Source of the DNA: a virus
Lineage: Duplodnaviria; Caudoviricetes
Length of the DNA: 64,000 nt
Virus record (IMG/VR): IMGVR_UViG_3300001687_000013
Location: 34,021-98,020 of that record
Strand: one strand, 5' to 3'
The notes below the pieces were generated by a model. That model did not search any database and had not been told where the DNA came from. It saw only the letters and a list, made by a program, of their open reading frames with translations. The position numbers and the translations under genes are program-made. Shown here piece by piece: positions 19,432 to 29,320 of this stretch; position 1 is the first letter of the stretch, and every line of letters starts with the position of its first letter.

Positions 19432-22400
19432 TTATACTGGTTCCACTGTAAAACCAGTTTTAGTAACACTAAGATTAAAATTGATGAATTCAATATATCT
19501 TATTGGTTTTATAAATAGCCATACTACCAATTCATGATTATCAATAGCCGAAGCAGGATTATTAGTATTATCACAAATAACCTTATATTCGTAAATCCCT
19601 TTTCTTGCCTTGATATTCTCTAACTTAGCTTCAAGTAAAGTTTGAAGAGTCCGTCTTGAAGTTTCATCATTTACTTCAAACGTGAAATTTTCCAAATCTT
19701 CAGCCAAATTAGCAGCTATATAAATATTGAGTAATCTTACGTTCAATCTATCTAAAGAAGATGGTTTATTTAATAAACTCTTATAACTCCAAATATAAAG
19801 GCCCTGACCTTTTACAAATCGTATAGGGTTTATTCCAGCATCTACTAAAAGATCCATTTCTCCCGATTTAAATCTTTTACTCAAATCAGAAGCTTCTATT
19901 TTTCCTCTTCTTTTTCCAGCAGCAGGAAACCAAATATCATAATTTGCATTGGTAGAAAAAATAGCAGATGCTACAAAACCATCTGGGGATGTATAAATAT
20001 ATCTATCATTATATTTGTCATAAATCTTTATATGTGGACTAAAAAGACCACCATAAGAAGTGTTGACATTTAGTTCCTGTCTTCTGTAATCAACCAACTC
20101 ATTTACAGCATCAGACGAAACTTCCCTGTTATATGGAGTGGATATTATCGGGACACAATCTTTCCTTGATTGACATAATTCAATCAGATTACTCTGAAAA
20201 GATGGAGTTACCCAACCACCATCCAAAAATAGGGTAATAGGTATATCATCCCTGTTCATAAATTTACTTAGAGCATGTATCATATGCCCATCTCTAACAG
20301 GATAACCGTCTGAACCACGTCCTAAATTTAATTTAGTGACTTGTTCTTTAGGATATCCAGTTGAGAATTTATTATTATATCCTCTGATATAATTTGATTT
20401 TTCTAAAACTACTTCAAGGTATAAATTTTGTCCATCTTTAGATCGTTTACCTTCATCTTTTGAACAAGTCCATTGTTCAACAGGCTTAGTTTCAGAATTC
20501 TTATAAACTTCTATCAGAAAAGTATCCGATTCTTTAGCCCTTTTATAAAAAGGATCTATTTGATGAATACCTATACCTGAATCAATCAAGTCTATAGCTG
20601 TTCCAGCTATAGCCTCTTCTTTGGTTTTCGCCAACTTTATAGTATTCTCATCAACATTTATTATATAATAGACACGTTCCTCTGTAAGAGGGTGTGGTAA
20701 AGTATCAGTAGAAGTCAAAACAACCTCTATACCAGTTGACCAATACTGGTTTACTGACAACTCATCTGTTGTATGGTCAGCTATAAAATATTCTCTGTCA
20801 TAATATTTAAATAATTGTATAGAAATATCATTATTCCAACTACCAGGATTACTCCCAACTATGACTATACTTTGGTCATTGGTAGAGAATTCATAGTCAT
20901 CAATATTTCTCAAAGCTAAACTTATAATTTCATTATTTTGTGCTGTATTTTCTTTGCCTAACACACATCCCCCATAACGAGCACTGTTAGGCACACGTAA
21001 AACCCATAACTTACTGTCTTTTTGTTGTAAATATGTTAAAGCTGAAAAATAAGCTAAACTATAGTTAATCTCTACTCTATCATTAGGACTGAATATTCTT
21101 AAAAATTCAGCCACAGATGTACATAAATAAGGTTTATCAATAGGCCCTTTTCCTCCCCCAGTTTCAGGAATTAAAATGGCCCCATAAACACCTTGCCACG
21201 ATCCTGAATATGAAGACCCAGTATCAAATTTTGGAAGAGGCCCTACTGAATCTTCAGGGGGTTCAACCTCCATTACCCAAATACATGAAGACTCTGGGGT
21301 TAATAATATAGTCTCATCCCCAATATAAGGATAAACTTGAGGAGGAGTATAACCTTGATAATATAAATCCCAGGTTGTATGTTCTTCCCTGAGAAATACT
21401 GAGTGTGATCCTGTTGTTCCATAAATAAAATCCAAAGGATATTTATCAACAGCTTTTGAATATACCCCATGAGGATCACCCCATGATAATCCATCATATT
21501 CAATACCCTCAAATACCCTGTCAGGTACTTCACCAGTATTATAAACTATTGCCAATTTGTCATCTGGCCCTGCTCCACCAACAAAACCCCCAACATCATA
21601 ATTATTATCTGTTATATTAGTGGGAGATCCCCATGATCCCCCACTTTTTCTATTCTCTATAATTTGCCGTTTAGAAGGATAAGTACCATAACCAGTCTGT
21701 AACCAAGAAACTATTAAATTACCTGAAGTATCTTTCTCAAAGAAATGAGGAGCTTCTTTATTATCATAGATATTATTATCTATACTTACAGGAGTATTCC
21801 AACTCTCTGTTATAGTATTAAAAATTGCATATTTAATTTTTTTATCAGAAGTACCAATAATTCTTTCTTCATAAATAACATGGATTTCGGAACCTATTAG
21901 AATACTTTTAAACTCATTATTCTGATATCCAAGAGGAGCAGCAAGTTCCCAGGTTATATTAGTTGTCCAATCAGTGGGCCAATCACCTGTACCTGTCCTT
22001 TTGAATATAATAAGTCTTCTATCAGCTTCATGTTCATATTTTATAATACATAGAACATAAACTTGATCATCAGATTCCCGTATGTGAGCTTTAGGCCATA
22101 ATACATAATCAAAAGCTCCCTTATAAACAGTCTGAGTAGTCCCAAAGGAATGTGTAGAGGGATTATATGGTCTATAAAAGAGCTTACTTATAATCCCACC
22201 CCATGTTTTAGCATGATCTACAATATGTATTGTATCATTCCAGGGAGTGTGTGTCAAAGAACCAGCATAATAATATCCCCAGTGAACACCTTGGTTATTC
22301 CATGTTGCTCCATTGTCACTTGAATAGGACAAATGAACATTATACTCATTAGGGGGAGGCCCCATTGTATATACAACATAAAGTTCTCCTGAATTTGACC

Positions 22401-22467
22401 TACAAACTTTTGATTGACGAATATATGTTGTACCAATATTCAAATTTTGATATATTTCAATTGACAT
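19432..22467 (-). CDS. second tail sheath protein fused to an N-terminal BNR/Asp-box beta-propeller
   Basis: SSDNGATW Asp-box; C-terminal ~590 aa align with the 44260..46611 sheath (GVYGAILIP, NPGSWNNDISI, LDRLNVRLL, WLFIKP..IEFINF). Confidence 0.85.
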   Translation of the reverse strand: MSIEIYQNLNIGTTYIRQSKVCRSNSGELYVVYTMGPPPNEYNVHLSYSSDNGATWNNQGVHWGYYYAGSLTHTPWNDTIHIVDHAKTWGGIISKLFYRPYNPSTHSFGTTQTVYKGAFDYVLWPKAHIRESDDQVYVLCIIKYEHEADRRLIIFKRTGTGDWPTDWTTNITWELAAPLGYQNNEFKSILIGSEIHVIYEERIIGTSDKKIKYAIFNTITESWNTPVSIDNNIYDNKEAPHFFEKDTSGNLIVSWLQTGYGTYPSKRQIIENRKSGGSWGSPTNITDNNYDVGGFVGGAGPDDKLAIVYNTGEVPDRVFEGIEYDGLSWGDPHGVYSKAVDKYPLDFIYGTTGSHSVFLREEHTTWDLYYQGYTPPQVYPYIGDETILLTPESSCIWVMEVEPPEDSVGPLPKFDTGSSYSGSWQGVYGAILIPETGGGKGPIDKPYLCTSVAEFLRIFSPNDRVEINYSLAYFSALTYLQQKDSKLWVLRVPNSARYGGCVLGKENTAQNNEIISLALRNIDDYEFSTNDQSIVIVGSNPGSWNNDISIQLFKYYDREYFIADHTTDELSVNQYWSTGIEVVLTSTDTLPHPLTEERVYYIINVDENTIKLAKTKEEAIAGTAIDLIDSGIGIHQIDPFYKRAKESDTFLIEVYKNSETKPVEQWTCSKDEGKRSKDGQNLYLEVVLEKSNYIRGYNNKFSTGYPKEQVTKLNLGRGSDGYPVRDGHMIHALSKFMNRDDIPITLFLDGGWVTPSFQSNLIELCQSRKDCVPIISTPYNREVSSDAVNELVDYRRQELNVNTSYGGLFSPHIKIYDKYNDRYIYTSPDGFVASAIFSTNANYDIWFPAAGKRRGKIEASDLSKRFKSGEMDLLVDAGINPIRFVKGQGLYIWSYKSLLNKPSSLDRLNVRLLNIYIAANLAEDLENFTFEVNDETSRRTLQTLLEAKLENIKARKGIYEYKVICDNTNNPASAIDNHELVVWLFIKPIRYIEFINFNLSVTKTGFTVEPV

Positions 22468-23324
22468 TATTCAATAGTTTCCTCTATTTTAACACCTAAA
22501 ACCCCAAAAATAACAGGAGTTATTTTTTCCCTTTTATGGATCATAAAATAATCCCCTATAATTTCTGGTGTAATAATAGAATCACCAGAATAGGTATATA
22601 TAATAACTGTTCCAGAACCTTGATAAATACCTATATTGCTTGTTCCTGCCCCAATACAAGGAGAGCTACTCTTAAGTCTAAAATCATTATTAAGAACATC
22701 TTCAAATACTGGGTCAAGTTCTATACTACCAATACCAGGAATTCCTGAAAAATTTGTAGTACATCCATATGCACAATTATGATGATTAACTCCATCTGTA
22801 ACAATACCTATATGACATTCAAGTGCTATACAATCGTAAACCTCAATTCCTGGCCCTGATCTAAATCCTGCATATGTACTTGTTAATTTATAGGCTACAC
22901 AATTCTTAAAAACTATGTTATTACAAGAAACATCAGTAACCTGACCACTTGATCCTTCTTTTAGTAATATATTCTGGAAATTAATATCATGGACTGAAGC
23001 TGTAGTCCTAATCAGATAAGCTATTGACATATTCTTCCAAGTTGTAAAATTACCTGACCCATTACAGACTATCGAAATTACCTCTACTGAATTAATCCCA
23101 TCAAATATAGTATTAATATCCATATCAGGATAACCAGTAATGATAGTTTCTTCATCAAAATTTGGTGGTGACACTTGTTCACTATACACCCCTGGCCCTA
23201 CCTCTATAGTATCCCCACTTGAAATATTATCAACAGCATATTGGATAGTCAACCACGAATCTTCCCAGGAAGTTCCACCATTTCCATTATCTCCTGATTT
23301 TGATACATAGTACGTACTTGCCAA
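22467..23324 (-). CDS. right-handed beta-helix (pectin-lyase-like, DUF1565-like) spike
   Basis: YYVS..G.....GTSW..TIQYAVD...GDTIEVGPGVY; DFRLKSSSPCIGAG; TTG start after GGGAGA. Confidence 0.75.
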   Translation of the reverse strand: MASTYYVSKSGDNGNGGTSWEDSWLTIQYAVDNISSGDTIEVGPGVYSEQVSPPNFDEETIITGYPDMDINTIFDGINSVEVISIVCNGSGNFTTWKNMSIAYLIRTTASVHDINFQNILLKEGSSGQVTDVSCNNIVFKNCVAYKLTSTYAGFRSGPGIEVYDCIALECHIGIVTDGVNHHNCAYGCTTNFSGIPGIGSIELDPVFEDVLNNDFRLKSSSPCIGAGTSNIGIYQGSGTVIIYTYSGDSIITPEIIGDYFMIHKREKITPVIFGVLGVKIEETIE

Positions 23325-23337
23325 TTTTATCTCCCGT

Positions 23338-23742
23338 TTATGCTACCTGTATATTAGCAGTTATTTTTATTTGATCTGTATCCTGTACGTCATAAGGCCC
23401 ATCACTAAATTGTTCAACGTATAATAACTGTCCAGCAGTTCCACTTGCTACATTACAAATGAAATAACCATAACAGTTTCCCCATGCTCCACCAGAAGCT
23501 TCAAAAGTCTGTTGAGCATAACCAGCAGCATCAGCTACTATTGTCCAACTCCCACGAGTAAGAGCTATTCTTGCATAACCAAAACTTGAGGGTTCAGTCA
23601 AATCTGTAAGATCAGCATCTTCTGGTGGTTCTGAAGTTGGAGCAGTATAAATACCCAAATAAAGTGTTGTATCAAAACTTGTACTTCCAAATAATTGATT
23701 AAGGATTCTATTTTCACCCTCATCGACTAATTTTCCTGCCAT
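23338..23742 (-). CDS. small tail/baseplate adaptor protein (Gp80-like)
   Basis: LYLGIYT...TEP...GYARIAL...TF...G.WG...GYF pattern. Confidence 0.55.
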   Translation of the reverse strand: MAGKLVDEGENRILNQLFGSTSFDTTLYLGIYTAPTSEPPEDADLTDLTEPSSFGYARIALTRGSWTIVADAAGYAQQTFEASGGAWGNCYGYFICNVASGTAGQLLYVEQFSDGPYDVQDTDQIKITANIQVA

Positions 23743-23755
23743 TTAAAAAATCTCC

Positions 23756-24187
23756 TTAAAATGTGATAGTTATTGCATCCAACTCTTCTTTAGTAGTTAC
23801 TGCATTAATTTGAGTTTCATAAGTATTAGATTGTGTTCTAATATTTTGTCTCTCATCAAGCAGGGCCAGATATTCTGTTTCAGACATATCTGGCTCTAAA
23901 CTTGCATCTATTTGATCTCTATATTTTATAACTTTCCAATCAGTGTCACTTAACTTCTGGAAAGCCAGATCTTTTATCTCTAAAATTTTCCTGGATTTAA
24001 ATTCAGATAGACCATATTGATTAACAATACTTTCTTCATTTCCATTATTTAAAGCATCTATGATGATATCAGCCTCTTCATCTGTTACCTCAATAAGAGG
24101 TAAAGTAGGAGTAATAGTATCTTCTGCATGAATAAGACCAATGTGTAAAACCTTTTTAGTATTAATATCTATACTTAAATATTTCAT
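23756..24187 (-). CDS. tail fibre assembly chaperone
   Basis: LSDTDWKV...Y....RQNIR motif, directly downstream of the large fibre gene. Confidence 0.65.
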   Translation of the reverse strand: MKYLSIDINTKKVLHIGLIHAEDTITPTLPLIEVTDEEADIIIDALNNGNEESIVNQYGLSEFKSRKILEIKDLAFQKLSDTDWKVIKYRDQIDASLEPDMSETEYLALLDERQNIRTQSNTYETQINAVTTKEELDAITITF

Positions 24188-24195
24188 ATTATCTC

Positions 24196-27100
24196 CTAAA
24201 CTACAGTCACAAGATATGGAGGTGTAATAAATGTAATATTATAGTAGTAACCTGTATCTTTTTCTCTACCAAGTATTCTAAAATATTGAACATCTGCTCT
24301 CCAATCATGATTTGGATTATTAGCATAAAGCTGCAATAAATCACCATCTTGCCATCCAGATACATCCTCCGTAAATGCAACATAACCTGAACTAACATGA
24401 ACTACTCTTTCAGTTCCCACAGGTTCTCCATTTCTATATATATTACAATAAGCAAAATCACCCGTTGACCTTAGTTGATAATAAATTCTTAGTGTTGCCC
24501 CTGATCCTCCTGGTACACGATTAAGAAGTAATTCTTTATATAATCTTGGAATTGTCACTGGATAAAAGAATTTGTTAGCATCACTTGACATTACTATATA
24601 AGAAGTCCCTATATCATCTTGATAATCAAGATACTCAGGATAACACATTTCCCAAGGTGGAAGTTCACCAGAAATAGCTTCTTCATTTATCTTTTCAGTA
24701 TAATCAATAGTTTCATTTCTACCAACTTCATGCCAAACATTATCTTTTCTACGAAAACGAACTGAAGCACCAGGATCTAAATCAATATCCCTTCTATCAT
24801 GAAGTCTCAATTCATCATTATCATATTCTATAGTAACTTCTGGGCCATATCTGAAACTCCATATATCAGAATCATCAATACCACCAGACATACCTGCATA
24901 TAGTTTACCTTCAAACTCTTCCATAGACCTTACATTATTATAACCAGTTGTCCAAGAGTTGTAAATTCCACTACCTGCTATTTTTGTCCAACTTATACCA
25001 TCAAATTCCCAGATATCATCGTCAACACCAGCATATAATTTACCATTATAAACTTTAAGACTGTCTACATCATTCCCACTTGACCATGATCCTCTAATAC
25101 CATCTCCACCTACTTGTTCCCACTTTATATCACCAGTAGATGTACAAGATAGCATCCAAACTTTTGCTGGTACTCTAAGTCCAACAAATAATCTGTCATT
25201 ATAGACTTCTAAACATCGAGCATCTTCATAACCTGCTCCCCAGGAGTCATAAACACCATCTCCACCTACTTTACTCCAAGTTCCTGATCCTTTATAACTC
25301 ATCCAAACTTCAGCTTGATCAGTAGCTCCACCTACAGCAGCAAACAAATTACGTCTATATTCTTTAAGTGCCCAAACATCATCATGAGTAGTTCCAAAAT
25401 CATGAACTAATGACCAAGTTGTTGTAGCACAACTATATTTCCAAATTTGAGCATGAGCAGCACTGGCTGGGCCACCTATAGCTGCAAATAAACTATGTCT
25501 TTGACCATAAGTCCTTGGAGACCATGCACCAGTAAATTGTTCTAAAGCTATTTGTACAAGATCTCTAACTTCAAAACTTGTATTAACCCAAGAACTATTG
25601 ACTCCATCTCCACCTATTTTAGTCCAGTTACCAATAGTACCAGTATACATATATACATCATCGTCAACACCAGCATATAATTTTGATGTTGAATCATCAC
25701 TATATTCAGCTAAAGCTCCAATAGTAGTATTTCCAGACCAAGCACCAGTATCACTAATATCTGTCCAAGTAGAACCATTCCATTGATAAACTTTTGCATT
25801 ACCACCAGCTAATCCACTTGTACCAGCATAAAGAAATGTACTATATTTATATAATGACTCTACAGTTACATAACCCCAATCACCTATCATATTCCAATCA
25901 GGATCTTGGAGTGATTGTACAGTCAACTCACTTCCATTAGTAAGTACCGTACTTGGAATATCATCTATAATTTGATCAGAAGAAACATATAAAAGACCTG
26001 CATCTGGATTATCCGTTTCAGAATATTCAGCTTGATTCTTAACATTAGCAGGTTGAGCTAAAGTTTTTAAATATGCAATATCTGAGGCATTATTTATTTC
26101 AACCCAAGTATTATCAATATTTCTTAATATAAGTGTTTTACCAGCTTGTAAAAGCATAGGAGAAACTGAACCTTCAGATAATTCTATATTTCCAGTTGTA
26201 GAAATATTAACAGGCTCATAGGCATAAATACAAAGAATATCTCCATATTCCTGAGGTTCAGAAGTAGTATATCCAATAATATTATTTAATGTGTGAAGTG
26301 TTGTGTCATATATTTCTACACAACCCACTCTTCTGTTATCCAATACCAATGATGGATATTGACCTTCAAGTTCACCACCAGTAGCAATAGGCTCTAATGT
26401 CCAACTTGTTCCATTATAGATTGCAAGATAAGAATCAGCAGTGCTTTGTCTATAATAGAGTATCCTTGGAAGATAATTATCAGTAACAGCAATTGAAGTA
26501 CCCATACCAACATTACCAGTATCCACAGTGGTACTAACCCAACTTCCAGTTTTGTTGGTAGAATAATTTAAAGCTTGATCAGTGTCTAAATGACAACTTA
26601 TATATGCTTTTCCAGTGTCATCTCGTGCTAAAGAAACAAATCTTACTGACTGAGCAGTAGGATTAGCATCTTCTACAGTCCAACTTACAACTCTATAAGC
26701 ATATTTCAATCCAGTAGTATCACTGGCATATGCAACCATTTCCCCAGATCCACCAGGATAATTTAGTTGCAATTTAACATATTTACCACTATTTGAAGCA
26801 TCTATTGTTTGAAAATTCCAAACATATGAACTATCATGATAAACATATTTTAACTCATCTTTTGAATAAGCTATATGAGCTTTGTGATCAGAGCTTAATT
26901 TAAGATCAATGTAGAGAATAGAATCTGTATGAGTATCAACAATTTCATTTACCCATTTTCCACTTCTATTATTAGCATATTTCAAATTATGCTTAGATCC
27001 ATAAGCTATGTGAATAAAACCTTCTTCATCAAAGTCCATACCATGAGTATTTGAATCTACATCAACAGCATCTACCTGTTCTATCTTCCAAACACCTCTA

Positions 27101-28245
27101 AATGTTTCACCATATTTATAATAGTCATTTCTATTAGTAGCATAATATAAATAATTAGCACCATCAATAGTTTTTTCATAAGTAACATGAATATATCCAG
27201 CGTCATCCATTAAAGCACAGATGTCACCAGCTATATTATCATCAACAGTCCTTTCAGAATAATAACTAACTCCAAATCTTTCTATATAGATAAGATCATT
27301 TAGAGTACCATTAAAAAAGAACATGTGTTCATTTTCACGTCTTACAGAGATCTTACTGTTATAAACAGTAGTTTCCCTTTTAGTAAGATCAGAACATGCC
27401 ACAGCAGCAATAGCTGTTTTTAAGTCAGTGTAACTTTTACTACCAGCTATAGCTTCAGCAATATCATTTTCTATACCAGAAGTTGCTGTCTTAAAATAAG
27501 CTTTTTCTCTTAAATCAATAATATTGTATGTATAAACAGTATTATCACTTAAAGGTCTAAGAATCTTACATATAGGTAAAGCCACTACTTCACCAGTAGC
27601 ATCATCAAAATCATTAACAGTACCTTGATAATACCATACTTTTCTATCATCATCCCAGGAAAAAGTATTTACTGAAGGAGATCCTTGTTTACCTTGTACA
27701 GTAGCGTTAGCCATGTCCTCTTCGTCTTCAATATACCGAGTTCGGTATCTTACTTGAAGACGGTTTGTCATTTCATCAGCTTTTGAGGGATCTATAACAT
27801 CACTTGCATATTCACCAGCATTGTAATAATCAACATTACCATACTTGTGAACAATTGAAGGAGGCCCATCAACTACTTCGACCCACACTTCCACAAATAC
27901 CAAGTCATATCTGGGATCACCCACTGTAGGAGCAGCACCTAAAGTTATAGTGTTATCTACATCAAATGAACCGTCCCATGTACTCAGAAGACCATTAGCT
28001 AAAAATTCACTTGCTCCCATTCTAAATTGATTATCAGTCAGTGGAGAAGTAAAACTACCAAGTACAGTCCAACCATTGGTATAGAATCTATTAACTGTAT
28101 CAAGAAGTCTTGATATCTGAATATTCTGCATCAAATTAACATCTTGATCCAAGACTAATTTACCATAACCAATAGGATTTCCATAGTAGTTTCTATCCTC
28201 TGTAGGTAGTCCAAATGGTTGTCCATTTCTTGAATAATCTATCAT
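24196..28245 (-). CDS. large baseplate-attached receptor-binding protein with two beta-propeller regions
   Basis: N-terminal GKLVLDQDVNLMQ..RYDLVFVEVW attachment domain; HIAY/LKYA blades and YNGKLYAG blades. Confidence 0.75.
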   Translation of the reverse strand: MIDYSRNGQPFGLPTEDRNYYGNPIGYGKLVLDQDVNLMQNIQISRLLDTVNRFYTNGWTVLGSFTSPLTDNQFRMGASEFLANGLLSTWDGSFDVDNTITLGAAPTVGDPRYDLVFVEVWVEVVDGPPSIVHKYGNVDYYNAGEYASDVIDPSKADEMTNRLQVRYRTRYIEDEEDMANATVQGKQGSPSVNTFSWDDDRKVWYYQGTVNDFDDATGEVVALPICKILRPLSDNTVYTYNIIDLREKAYFKTATSGIENDIAEAIAGSKSYTDLKTAIAAVACSDLTKRETTVYNSKISVRRENEHMFFFNGTLNDLIYIERFGVSYYSERTVDDNIAGDICALMDDAGYIHVTYEKTIDGANYLYYATNRNDYYKYGETFRGVWKIEQVDAVDVDSNTHGMDFDEEGFIHIAYGSKHNLKYANNRSGKWVNEIVDTHTDSILYIDLKLSSDHKAHIAYSKDELKYVYHDSSYVWNFQTIDASNSGKYVKLQLNYPGGSGEMVAYASDTTGLKYAYRVVSWTVEDANPTAQSVRFVSLARDDTGKAYISCHLDTDQALNYSTNKTGSWVSTTVDTGNVGMGTSIAVTDNYLPRILYYRQSTADSYLAIYNGTSWTLEPIATGGELEGQYPSLVLDNRRVGCVEIYDTTLHTLNNIIGYTTSEPQEYGDILCIYAYEPVNISTTGNIELSEGSVSPMLLQAGKTLILRNIDNTWVEINNASDIAYLKTLAQPANVKNQAEYSETDNPDAGLLYVSSDQIIDDIPSTVLTNGSELTVQSLQDPDWNMIGDWGYVTVESLYKYSTFLYAGTSGLAGGNAKVYQWNGSTWTDISDTGAWSGNTTIGALAEYSDDSTSKLYAGVDDDVYMYTGTIGNWTKIGGDGVNSSWVNTSFEVRDLVQIALEQFTGAWSPRTYGQRHSLFAAIGGPASAAHAQIWKYSCATTTWSLVHDFGTTHDDVWALKEYRRNLFAAVGGATDQAEVWMSYKGSGTWSKVGGDGVYDSWGAGYEDARCLEVYNDRLFVGLRVPAKVWMLSCTSTGDIKWEQVGGDGIRGSWSSGNDVDSLKVYNGKLYAGVDDDIWEFDGISWTKIAGSGIYNSWTTGYNNVRSMEEFEGKLYAGMSGGIDDSDIWSFRYGPEVTIEYDNDELRLHDRRDIDLDPGASVRFRRKDNVWHEVGRNETIDYTEKINEEAISGELPPWEMCYPEYLDYQDDIGTSYIVMSSDANKFFYPVTIPRLYKELLLNRVPGGSGATLRIYYQLRSTGDFAYCNIYRNGEPVGTERVVHVSSGYVAFTEDVSGWQDGDLLQLYANNPNHDWRADVQYFRILGREKDTGYYYNITFITPPYLVTVV

Positions 28246-28254
28246 AATTACCTC

Positions 28255-29277
28255 TTATAATGTTAATCTCAATTTTCTGGTTAATACCATATCAGCAGGA
28301 GGTACAACATTCAAACTGATTAATGAGTGTGCTTTATGATTAACCATAATCCCCGTATTTGGGGAACTTGTAGCAGATCCACCAACTAAAGTAAATTCTC
28401 TTAAATAAGCAGAAACGTCTGTTCCGAATACTGCTTCTATTTCTAATCGATTTGTAATATCAGTTACAATATTTGAATTTCTATCAATAAAATTTATTGT
28501 AACAGGTTTTCTTGTGTCACCTGAAACTGTTGTTTCAGAATATAATTGTTGAAAAGCCCAACCTTGTTGAGTTACATTAAAAGCCCCTGCTCCCCAACCT
28601 GTATCTCCATCTTCTGCATCGGTAACTGGCCCATCTTCTACACAGGTAACAGTCATTACAGCAGCTACAGACCCAGCATTATAGTCAGACTTAAGGTCTA
28701 ACTGTGTAGCTGTAGCAGAAGCTACATCATCAGCACTATCACCAGTTGTTATAGCAACTTCTATAGCTGTTCTTCCAGATGGAGCAGGTGAAGGCCCAGT
28801 GCCCCCACCACTCACATTATACCAAACATAATATGAATCGGTAGGACTATCAATCAACCAATATTTATTATTAAGACTTCCAGCCACATCAGCTTGACAA
28901 GTTATTTGTGTAATTTCTGGTGCCCCTCTAACTGGTAGATTCTCATCTAAAGATTTTTGTGCTCTCTGAGAGGGTGTCATACCATCCCATGAAGAGGTTT
29001 GAGGAGTTCCAACCCATTCTCCTTGTCCTATTGCCCAGTAAAGAATACCACTATCATAACTTGTATGTTCTTTAAGCATACATGCCACAAGTCGTCCAAA
29101 GTCCATAACTATTCTGTTATGACCAGTAATAATAGTCCTCTTTCCAGAAGCAGTATAATAGATTTCATCTATTAATTCCCCAGTAACCAATCTACCATTA
29201 CCTTCTTCATATAAATATGTCAAATCACATAAATCATATGATTGTGTTCTATTAACTAATCTTGTTATTTCTCTCAT
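28255..29277 (-). CDS. baseplate protein (gp8-like/fibre collar) with inserted domain
   Basis: HNRIV..YWAIGQG..LREFTLVGG; synteny after gp6 and gp7. Confidence 0.55.
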   Translation of the reverse strand: MREITRLVNRTQSYDLCDLTYLYEEGNGRLVTGELIDEIYYTASGKRTIITGHNRIVMDFGRLVACMLKEHTSYDSGILYWAIGQGEWVGTPQTSSWDGMTPSQRAQKSLDENLPVRGAPEITQITCQADVAGSLNNKYWLIDSPTDSYYVWYNVSGGGTGPSPAPSGRTAIEVAITTGDSADDVASATATQLDLKSDYNAGSVAAVMTVTCVEDGPVTDAEDGDTGWGAGAFNVTQQGWAFQQLYSETTVSGDTRKPVTINFIDRNSNIVTDITNRLEIEAVFGTDVSAYLREFTLVGGSATSSPNTGIMVNHKAHSLISLNVVPPADMVLTRKLRLTL

Positions 29278-29320
29278 TCTTATCTCCCAATATTCTTATA
29301 AATTGAATAATTAAATATAT

